This document shows positions 18,360 to 26,031 of a stretch of DNA of 47,348 bases, piece by piece (the first letter of the stretch is position 1; each line of letters begins with the position of its first letter). A model generated the notes under the pieces. The model had not been told where the DNA came from. It worked only from the letters and a program-made list of their open reading frames with translations, and did no database searches. A program made the translations under genes and the position numbers. Location: NCBI GenBank assembly GCA_044236265.1, contig JBIIGV010000007.1, positions 1-47,348 on the forward strand, written 5' to 3'. The DNA is from Oligoflexales bacterium. GTDB lineage: Bacteria; Bdellovibrionota_B; Oligoflexia; Oligoflexales; RGVZ01.

Positions 18360-19223
18360 ATGATCTCGTTATTTCATTCATTATTTGATCGCAAAGGGCT
18401 TTGTTCGCGCCAGCCCTTGGTGCGAATTTTTGCAGTTGTAGTTCTTGCCTGGAGTGTGGTGGGGCTAGCTGCCGTAACGGCTGATCGCTATTTCAATTCA
18501 ATGGGCCAGGGCGAGCATATTTTCCCAACTACATTGCGCTTTGAATTAGCTGAATTAAGGATGCCTCTAATTGGGGCGCCCTCGCCGAAGCCGGCAATAG
18601 AGCGATTATTGGCTGCAGCGGATCGTCTGGTAAAAGAAACGTCAGTTCCCTATGTTTTTGGGGGAAGCCGCATCGGTTCACCCAAGCAATGTCAAGGCTG
18701 CGTCGATTGTGCGCGTCGCTTAAAACTTCCAGCTGATTCAACCCTTTCAAGATATAACCGATGCCCCGAGTGCCAGCGTTGCGGTATCGATTGCAGTAAT
18801 TTTGTCAATTTACTCTATGCTGAGGCTGGCTTGGGGTTTCCTTTTGCCGATACACGAACGCTTCAATCATCCGGACATGACTTCTTAAGGGAACGTTATG
18901 GATTTCTAAATATTGGCAAAGATCTCGAAGTGGCGCGGGCGGGGGATCTAGTGGTCGAAAAAGGTCATGTGATGATGGTGATTGATGTCGACGCCAAATC
19001 TCGGACTATCGCCTACATCCATTCAAGTCGAGGTAGCCGTGGGCGTAAACCCATTGGTGGCATCGAATTAAGGCGCGGAAAATCTTTGGACGAGGTGCAA
19101 AAGCGTACCTTGAGAATTCTACGCCATCGTGACTTGGTTCTTCCGGAAGATCAGGATATGTTGGTTGGATCCAAGCCATCGATTTGGTCTGGACTGCGGT
19201 ATGTGTTTGCCGCAAACCACTAG
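18360..19223 (+). CDS. NlpC/P60 cysteine peptidase with six-Cys insertion, N-terminal TM/signal
   Basis: PYVFGG...GIDCSNFV...GDLV...GHV...IHSS NlpC/P60 motifs. Confidence 0.85.
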   Translation: MISLFHSLFDRKGLCSRQPLVRIFAVVVLAWSVVGLAAVTADRYFNSMGQGEHIFPTTLRFELAELRMPLIGAPSPKPAIERLLAAADRLVKETSVPYVFGGSRIGSPKQCQGCVDCARRLKLPADSTLSRYNRCPECQRCGIDCSNFVNLLYAEAGLGFPFADTRTLQSSGHDFLRERYGFLNIGKDLEVARAGDLVVEKGHVMMVIDVDAKSRTIAYIHSSRGSRGRKPIGGIELRRGKSLDEVQKRTLRILRHRDLVLPEDQDMLVGSKPSIWSGLRYVFAANH

Positions 19224-19234
19224 GTGACTGCCGC

Positions 19235-20026
19235 ATGCGCATAGGTGTTTTCGATTCTGGAGTTGGAGGGCTTTCGATCCTTGAGGCTATCCAGCAGGTG
19301 CTTCCAGATGCATCGTATGCCTACTGTTGTGACAATGAAAACTTTCCTTACGGCACAAAAACGGAACCAGCCGTCATTGATTGCGCGAGTCAGGTGACGA
19401 CCCGCTTTCATCAGGCAGCGGAGCTCGACATTTTAGTTATTGCTTGCAATACAGCCAGTACAGTTGCGTTGGACAAGATCCGCGCTCGACTTCCAATTCC
19501 AGTGGTCGGCGTTGTCCCGGCAATCAAGCCGGCTGCGGAGCGGTCCAAATCCAAAGTAATCGGAGTCCTTGCGACGCCGGCAACGGTTTCTAGGCCCTAT
19601 TTGGATAACCTGATTCAAGAGTTTGCGAGTAACTGCAAGGTCATTAAATGTGGATCCAGCGGGCTTGTCTTAACGGCAGAGCAAAAATTGCGGGGCACAC
19701 CTATCAAGTTAGATGATATACGCTCAGAAATTATACCGATCCTTGACGCCATTTCACTAGGCTTAGACAAGCTAGTGCTGGGTTGTACCCACTTCCCCTT
19801 ACTAGCCGAGGAGTTGACCAGTCTATTGCCTCCCTCAGTCGAACTCATTGATTCTGGACAGGCGATTGCAGCTCGTGTGCGCTCTCTGGTTGAGCAATCT
19901 TCCAGACAGACTGGACAACCGAAGACGAGTGGTGCTGACAAATTGAGCGGGTGGTGTAGCGGAGCCGCGCACGCGGTGTCATTGCCGAATCAGCGCGGGA
20001 AATTAATATTGCAGACGTTGCCTTAA
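19235..20026 (+). CDS. murI: Glutamate racemase
   Basis: IGVFDSGVGGLS, FPYG, IACNTAS, VLGCTHFP. Confidence 0.96.
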   Translation: MRIGVFDSGVGGLSILEAIQQVLPDASYAYCCDNENFPYGTKTEPAVIDCASQVTTRFHQAAELDILVIACNTASTVALDKIRARLPIPVVGVVPAIKPAAERSKSKVIGVLATPATVSRPYLDNLIQEFASNCKVIKCGSSGLVLTAEQKLRGTPIKLDDIRSEIIPILDAISLGLDKLVLGCTHFPLLAEELTSLLPPSVELIDSGQAIAARVRSLVEQSSRQTGQPKTSGADKLSGWCSGAAHAVSLPNQRGKLILQTLP

Positions 20027-20129
20027 GGCAGTATTTCTTTGGACGGATGTTCCAGTTAAAATCATCCTATTTATTTTGGTCCGACGGTCATGACCTTCGG
20101 GTTCCGTTTGTTCAACAGGGGAGTGCGTA

Positions 20130-21884
20130 GTGAGCAGGGTAGGCTTGTCGGTAGCTTTGGGATTGTTGCTAGTAGCCTGCGGCCCATCTCCCATATCTCA
20201 GTTGAAAATCATTGGCGGTCGTCCAGCCGCTGAACACAGACCATGGTTCGTTCAGTTAATGGATTCTTCTACTAGTGCAGAGGGATTCTGCGGCGGAACC
20301 CTGGTTGCGCCTCGTATTGTTATGACGGCGGCCCATTGTATTGACTTAGCGACGTCGCGCAGTCTCCATGTTGCACTGGGCCTTGCTGATGGTGCAAATC
20401 TGAATGTGAATCATCCTGTAAAGGTCGAGGCTCTGATTATCCACCCGCAGTACTCTGCCAGTGATTTAAAAAATGACATTGCGATCTTGTATCTAGCTAA
20501 TTATGACGGCGTTGAATTCGAGAGGCCGGTTCATCCATTGCCCTATGCTCAAGACCGAGCTTTACCAGAGAGAAACAATGACATTGTCACCGTTGTTGGT
20601 TTGGGTAATACGACCTCCATTGGAAACTTTTTCGATCAAGTCATCCGTGAGGTTGAGATTCCGGTGCTGGATTTGAAGAAATGTAGTGAAATGTATCCTG
20701 ATGTTGGTGAATCACACATTTGCGCCGGCGATATTCAGCAGGGTGGGCGAGATAGCTGCCAGGGTGATAGTGGCGGCCCGATGGTTGCCAAGAATGATAA
20801 CGGCGCTTGGGAGCTTGTTGGTATAGTCAGCTACGGAAATGGTTGTGCGCAAAAATCAGGCCCAGGCGTTTACACCCGCGTTGGATCTCACAGAGCATTT
20901 ATAGATGCGGCTATTACTGATTTATCGGCCCCTCGGGGGTCAGATCTGGCCGGTGACGTGAGTCGTCTTATTCGGACTCGATGTGCCTCTCAATTTGGGT
21001 ATCTGCCGTTCGAACAGGGTTCGTCAGACAGTCATCGTCGTAATACAATTTACGGAGTAGATTTGAAAAACTTCGTCTTAAATGAAGCTGAGACAATTCC
21101 TGCCGGCAGAAAACTTGATGAGTGTGATTTTGTCTTTGATGGAATGAAGGTTCATGCGGAGTGGCTGCTTCTAGGTGACCAGCCAAGAACGCCAAACTCA
21201 AAGGTGACAATTTTTGCAACGGCAGATGACGGCCGTAAATTCATCTCCAGACCGCAGCGACTTACATATCTGCAGGATAGTTTGATTTGCTCCACATCCC
21301 AAGGTCATCTGACTCTGGCAGATCAACGTCACTTTACTTATGTCGTCTTCAAAGATGTATTTTATGGACTGGGGGAGCCTGTAGCTCCGCCGGGCAATGA
21401 TCAGACGACATGGGGCTGTTCAGTAAGTGATGCGTCAATCGAGACCTATGAAATTTCTTATCCCGGGACATCTGAGCGTCAACTTGCAGCGCGTATTCAC
21501 CACAAAAGCGTTGGCACAATTTCGGTAAAACTGAAGCGCATGGATCAGGATTTGAATTTGACGGCAAGATTTATGACTGAAGACGGAGTTCGAGGGATTT
21601 TAATTTTGGATAATGCTTCAAATGATGACTTGTTCACCTGGAAGATGTCCTGTCCAATGCCGTTTAATGTTAAGCTCTCATCGGGAGACGTTCGCTCCGC
21701 GGCCCCCATTCCGGAGGGAGCAGGTTATCAAGTTGTAGTTGATGCCATTCATGATGCCGATGGTGTTATTCGTAGCGGTGGAAAAATAGCATTACCGATA
21801 GACCACGGGAAAGGTCGGAATCTATCAGAATGCGTAATTAATGACGTTATAGTGCCCGTCGTCCAAAGTGCTATTCTCAACTAG
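20130..21884 (+). CDS. Trypsin-like (S1A) serine protease lipoprotein with ~320-aa Cys-containing C-terminal extension
   Basis: Lipobox LVAC; IIGG; CGGTL; TAAHC; NDIA; DSCQGDSGGP; PGVYTRV. Confidence 0.92.
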   Translation: MSRVGLSVALGLLLVACGPSPISQLKIIGGRPAAEHRPWFVQLMDSSTSAEGFCGGTLVAPRIVMTAAHCIDLATSRSLHVALGLADGANLNVNHPVKVEALIIHPQYSASDLKNDIAILYLANYDGVEFERPVHPLPYAQDRALPERNNDIVTVVGLGNTTSIGNFFDQVIREVEIPVLDLKKCSEMYPDVGESHICAGDIQQGGRDSCQGDSGGPMVAKNDNGAWELVGIVSYGNGCAQKSGPGVYTRVGSHRAFIDAAITDLSAPRGSDLAGDVSRLIRTRCASQFGYLPFEQGSSDSHRRNTIYGVDLKNFVLNEAETIPAGRKLDECDFVFDGMKVHAEWLLLGDQPRTPNSKVTIFATADDGRKFISRPQRLTYLQDSLICSTSQGHLTLADQRHFTYVVFKDVFYGLGEPVAPPGNDQTTWGCSVSDASIETYEISYPGTSERQLAARIHHKSVGTISVKLKRMDQDLNLTARFMTEDGVRGILILDNASNDDLFTWKMSCPMPFNVKLSSGDVRSAAPIPEGAGYQVVVDAIHDADGVIRSGGKIALPIDHGKGRNLSECVINDVIVPVVQSAILN

Positions 21885-21898
21885 CTCTCAACTGAGAC

Positions 21899-22810
21899 TC
21901 ATTCTTGCTCTGGACTGTTCGCATCATTTTTGGATGTTGGCTTTGATTCAGGCGCCGAGTTACCATCAGTTGGTAGGCTAAGTCTGATTTTGGTAGATAG
22001 TTTCAGTGTTAAAGCAGCGGTGTCGGGGCTCGCAGAGGTTATCCTCAATACGGCTAGCCGACCCTTGGCGGATACGAGTTCCAAATTCGGACCTGGTTTA
22101 ATGTCGCTTGTCCGAAGAAAAGCTTTATCAGATGAATCAAGAAGTATTTGTCCTGTAACAGATTTAAACTTCGCTAGTGGTGGTGTAAGTGCCAGAATGT
22201 AGCCGTCTTGGGCGTCTAGCACCCTTGCATTGAAACCCAGGTTCTCGTTGAGCCATCTATAGTAATCGTTTGATGGATCCTTTTTAGCTGTGAAAATCCT
22301 AAGAAGTTTGTCTTCAGTTTGACCGACGGACAGGAACTCCCACTTGTTTTTACTGATATCCAGGATATAGCCGGCTGATAAGCATTTTAGAAGAGCAGGA
22401 CGTTTGCGGACACATGGGTTTCCATTTTTTGTTTGATTTATATCCAATTGCAGGTCGCGCTCTTGGTCGGAGGGGGTGAAAAGATGATGAGAGTCTTTTT
22501 TTGAAATTGTGTCTGTGTCTATGGCAGAAAAAATTTTGCCACTTAATTTTATGATGATGAGTTTAGAATTCATGTTTTCCTCAAAGGATTTGTTTGCTGC
22601 TCGCCATTTCTGGTGCCACTTAGTGAGATCCGGCGGCTGTGGGGGTGGGGCCTCTGTTTTTGGTGTTTCTGCTACCTCTGGCGGGCTAGAGATTTCAACT
22701 TCAGACGCCGATGCTGTTTGGTCGGTTGATTCCTTTAATGCTTGCGAAGATTGCGCAGACGCAACTCCACTTGAGAAGCACAATGCAATCAAAATGACGC
22801 GTATTACCAT
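21899..22810 (-). CDS. Exported hypothetical protein
   Basis: ATG 22810 after GGAGG, overlapping upstream stop; signal MVIRVILIALCFSSGVASA (ORF track start 22966 likely too long). Confidence 0.7.
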   Translation of the reverse strand: MVIRVILIALCFSSGVASAQSSQALKESTDQTASASEVEISSPPEVAETPKTEAPPPQPPDLTKWHQKWRAANKSFEENMNSKLIIIKLSGKIFSAIDTDTISKKDSHHLFTPSDQERDLQLDINQTKNGNPCVRKRPALLKCLSAGYILDISKNKWEFLSVGQTEDKLLRIFTAKKDPSNDYYRWLNENLGFNARVLDAQDGYILALTPPLAKFKSVTGQILLDSSDKAFLRTSDIKPGPNLELVSAKGRLAVLRITSASPDTAALTLKLSTKIRLSLPTDGNSAPESKPTSKNDANSPEQE

Positions 22811-24360
22811 GTGAGAGTGATACCTCCGCCACCAAAAAAACTTCCAAATTTTACCTGTGTTGTTAAATTGGGATTTTCGTTCAATTCTTCCTTTGTCGCC
22901 AAGCGTGTATAATGATTCTGATCGACAGCTGAGAATACAAGTAAAGCTAGTTTTATGGACTTCCAATCTGCTATTTCGCGGTAAAAGTCGACTCCTGCGC
23001 GTATGGACGTGCTCTTGTATTCCTTGTCAATGGGGAGGGCTCCAAGGCTGTAGCTACCATAACCCCATAGTCGAATTAAAAATGCATTGGTGCGTTTTTC
23101 TAGGCCCACTTCAAGTCCAACGGTTGGCGCTCGCTGAAGTTTGAATTCATAACCATCGGTGGCTGCACCAGGATTAGGCGTGCTTGTTAGGGTGAGATTT
23201 GTCACCCCTAGCCTCGGAGAAATATCGACCCAATTGAGAATGGGATTATCAAGTTTTAGACCAAAGCCATAGCCGAGCTGAATACGAGACCATGAAAACT
23301 CCTCTCGAAATTCTTCAGTTTCTGACTTCTGAGTCGGAATTGTGTCATAGTTAACGCGAAGCCCGGACAGGACTCCGCCTCTAAATTCTCCGAATATTCC
23401 GATTAAATTTACGTTTGCCAGTACACCAGTCCCTTTCTGCATGGGGACGCCGTAACGGATGCCCAAATAAGCCGAGCGACCGATGTTAAGAAATTTTGCG
23501 AAAAAACTACCCATCCTTGATTTCAATGAATCGTCAATTTTGCGAAGATTTGCCTCTTTGTCACTTATCTGATGGAGAAAGTATATAGATTGGCGTTTCA
23601 CCAAGGGTGCATCGTCAATGGGGTTTGTAAAAAGTTGCTCGATTTGGATTTGTGTTTTTGTATCCGATCGTTTTGCAATACTTGCCGTTCCAATAAGTTT
23701 GGTGATCCACAAGTCCCCAGATCTGCGAATTTGATAAATTTCTGCATCGTTTGACTCCAGGTTAATGTTGGATAAACCCCTAGTCTTGATTGTAATGCGG
23801 CCGCCGCTAACTAGACGAGATCCTGTTAAAGCTGTCCGAATTGGTAGGCTATTGGTCAGATAGGCTGCGATTAATTGGGAAAATTCATGCTTTTCAAGGA
23901 GTGTTGTCAATGGAATCTCGGAATTAAATTCGTAGAGTGCTTGCTGTGACTTTTCGCCTTTGGAGTTTTGATACATGATTTCAAAACGTCGTTTATCTCC
24001 CGATGATGAGACCATCATGGACCATGGCGATGTGGTGGGTGACGCCGAGGTTTTTTTGTCAGCATTTTTATTTTCTATGCGGGATGATTTGATGCTGCAG
24101 ATGGCACGTGTGAAAGGTCCGCTCGCCCATAAGCCCCGATTTTTTGTCATATAGACAGAAAAAGACTCGCATGCTTTGGTGAGTTTTTCTCGTGCGCTGA
24201 TTTTGCTTTCGTCGAGGATATCATCAGAAACCTCTATTGTGATGACGCGTTTTTCGGTTGGCTTTGTAGCACCATTGCCACTTTGGCAAAAAACGGTCGG
24301 ACTGCTCGCCGTAAGGCCAGCGATCAGCTGTACAAAAAAAATGAAGCGTGCCCCTACAAT
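22804..24360 (-). CDS. Exported protein with C-terminal probable OM beta-barrel; probable ATT start
   Basis: Frame is open upstream of ATG 24150 to stop at 24412-24414; extension encodes signal peptide IVGARFIFFVQLIAGLTASSPTVFC; ends FFGGGGITLTW. Confidence 0.65.
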   Translation of the reverse strand: MVGARFIFFVQLIAGLTASSPTVFCQSGNGATKPTEKRVITIEVSDDILDESKISAREKLTKACESFSVYMTKNRGLWASGPFTRAICSIKSSRIENKNADKKTSASPTTSPWSMMVSSSGDKRRFEIMYQNSKGEKSQQALYEFNSEIPLTTLLEKHEFSQLIAAYLTNSLPIRTALTGSRLVSGGRITIKTRGLSNINLESNDAEIYQIRRSGDLWITKLIGTASIAKRSDTKTQIQIEQLFTNPIDDAPLVKRQSIYFLHQISDKEANLRKIDDSLKSRMGSFFAKFLNIGRSAYLGIRYGVPMQKGTGVLANVNLIGIFGEFRGGVLSGLRVNYDTIPTQKSETEEFREEFSWSRIQLGYGFGLKLDNPILNWVDISPRLGVTNLTLTSTPNPGAATDGYEFKLQRAPTVGLEVGLEKRTNAFLIRLWGYGSYSLGALPIDKEYKSTSIRAGVDFYREIADWKSIKLALLVFSAVDQNHYTRLATKEELNENPNLTTQVKFGSFFGGGGITLTW

Positions 24361-24387
24361 ATGATTGTCCCCGAAGAATTTATACTT

Positions 24388-24414
24388 TCTTCGGATTATT
24401 CTAAGTATTCTTTA
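24388..24414 (-). promoter_or_regulatory. sigma28-type promoter TAAA-N15-TCCGAAGA
   Basis: Minus strand TAAAGAATACTTAGAATAATCCGAAGA, 28 nt upstream of ATT 24360. Confidence 0.65.
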
Positions 24415-24463
24415 GAGACGTCGGCGGGGGCTGTGATTGTTTCTGATTCAGTGGTCTTGGACT

Positions 24464-24483
24464 TTTGGGGACAGACAGAACCA
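24464..24483. repeat. Possible single degenerate copy of the REP-like arm
   Basis: TTTGGGGACAGAC(AGAACCA) vs TTTGGGGACACAC(GACCA) at 16261; 12/13 identity in core; intergenic just after a stop codon. Confidence 0.4.
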
Positions 24484-24486
24484 AGC

Positions 24487-26031
24487 TTATGGGCCAATGA
24501 GCGTTAATACGCCTGCAGAGGCTGACTTGCTGGATATAGAAAATATTGATGCATCCCAATTGATGTTGTTATCCTGATTATACGTGACAGCTGCAGCTTG
24601 GTTGACCGCAGAATTCGAGGGTTCCTTAGCACGGGGGACGAACCTATCTAGCTTGCGTCGCATTTCCGATTTTCTTTGTGCGAGATGAAGGGGTGCGTCG
24701 ATGGCTTTCCACGCAAGTAGGGAAAAGTCAGCCTGTTCGACTTTGTCTGGTGGCAGTAGATTTGGAGAGTCGACAGTGTTAATCCGAATAGGAGCAGGCA
24801 ATGATTGATATGATCCCTGTAAATCGACAAAATAAGAGCCAGAAAGAAAGCTGTCCCAGGGATTAAGTAGGCCTTTGCTGCGCCATTCGTGGTGACCAAA
24901 CAGCGGCATCCGTCGTACCCCGAGATATCCGAAGATTTTTGCAAAATGGCGTACAATTTTGAAATTGTCCGGAATCAAAACTGCATCTTGTTGAATATCA
25001 GGAGCTAAGGCGATCATCTTTGGATTGAAGGGTTCTCCTGTTTCCTGTGAATGGAGTTTTGCTGTCTCATATAATTTTTTCAGATCATCCCGACGTTCAG
25101 ACGGATCCAGTCGAAAAATTTTCCGTGCTGCAGATTCCATCAGGTCAAAACGCTTTGGGTCATAAATGACTTGGTGTATGACGTTGATATCGTTTTTCTT
25201 CGCCGCATCAACGTAATGAGCAATAAACCGGCTCGAACGTTGATGCGAGGGAGTTAGTATAGAGACTCTTTTGTGTCCAAATCGTAGATTCGCTTGAATG
25301 GCACCTTCTGCCAATACTTTTTGGCTCGGATAGGAATAGAAAACAAACGGTGTAGGTGCTGATGTGGGTGGTTCCATCATAATGAAAGTGGGAATCATAA
25401 GACGGGGTGCCCACAAGCGTAGGATTGCAGCATCAGCTGGCTCTGTTCCGCCAATAATTGCCGAAACTTTGTGCTCAAAGATAAGCGATGAGACCGCTTG
25501 TGTCGTTTTCTCTGGTCGATTGTTGTTATCAATCAGCACCAAAAACTTCTTTGGATCGAGGTTGTCTTGACGCGCCCTAGCTTCAAACGCAGCAAGCACG
25601 TGTTTTAAATGTGATTGAGGTCCGATTGGTAGAATAATTCCGACACGTCCAGTGTGCGTGTTTAGTATTTTTGACAAAAGAGCAATGAATTCTTGTCGCG
25701 TGTCTTCACTTTTGCAATGGTCTGCTGTCATGTCTTCAATAAATGAGTATCCATCGGTGCTTTCGATACGCAAGTCTTTTGGACGTTTGCTCCACAGTTC
25801 CTTAAGCGAGGGAACGAATTTGTTAAATAATTTGAGGCACGTCTCTTCGTTTGGTTTCGCAGGTGCTAGGGCGGGAGTCGGAGATGATGGGAATTTTTCT
25901 GTGCTTTCGATTTTGGAAGACGCGGTTGACTGCGCTAAGACTCGGGGTGCGCCTTGAGCCGGTGATATGCATATCACGGAAAAGTTTCCAGCGAGTGATA
26001 TCATCAAAAGTTTTTTAATGCCGGAATACAT
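24487..26031 (-). CDS. LpoA/LppC-like penicillin-binding-protein activator (type-1 periplasmic binding fold)
   Basis: VGIILP, AIIGG, DAVLIPD...LFG..W motifs of PBP1/LppC C-domain; start ATG 26031 overlaps PBP1A stop. Confidence 0.7.
   Translation of the reverse strand: MYSGIKKLLMISLAGNFSVICISPAQGAPRVLAQSTASSKIESTEKFPSSPTPALAPAKPNEETCLKLFNKFVPSLKELWSKRPKDLRIESTDGYSFIEDMTADHCKSEDTRQEFIALLSKILNTHTGRVGIILPIGPQSHLKHVLAAFEARARQDNLDPKKFLVLIDNNNRPEKTTQAVSSLIFEHKVSAIIGGTEPADAAILRLWAPRLMIPTFIMMEPPTSAPTPFVFYSYPSQKVLAEGAIQANLRFGHKRVSILTPSHQRSSRFIAHYVDAAKKNDINVIHQVIYDPKRFDLMESAARKIFRLDPSERRDDLKKLYETAKLHSQETGEPFNPKMIALAPDIQQDAVLIPDNFKIVRHFAKIFGYLGVRRMPLFGHHEWRSKGLLNPWDSFLSGSYFVDLQGSYQSLPAPIRINTVDSPNLLPPDKVEQADFSLLAWKAIDAPLHLAQRKSEMRRKLDRFVPRAKEPSNSAVNQAAAVTYNQDNNINWDASIFSISSKSASAGVLTLIGP

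Noticed and set aside
20040..20090. Further sigma28-like boxes before trypsin gene (and before 42590)
   Set aside because: CCGA/TCGA box present but no -35 match at 15-nt spacing
22811..22966. Long coding overlaps implied by ORF-track starts (also 26032..26127, 19184..19234, 12716..12829, 30797..30868)
   Set aside because: Downstream starts with RBS and signal peptide/family N-terminus explain them
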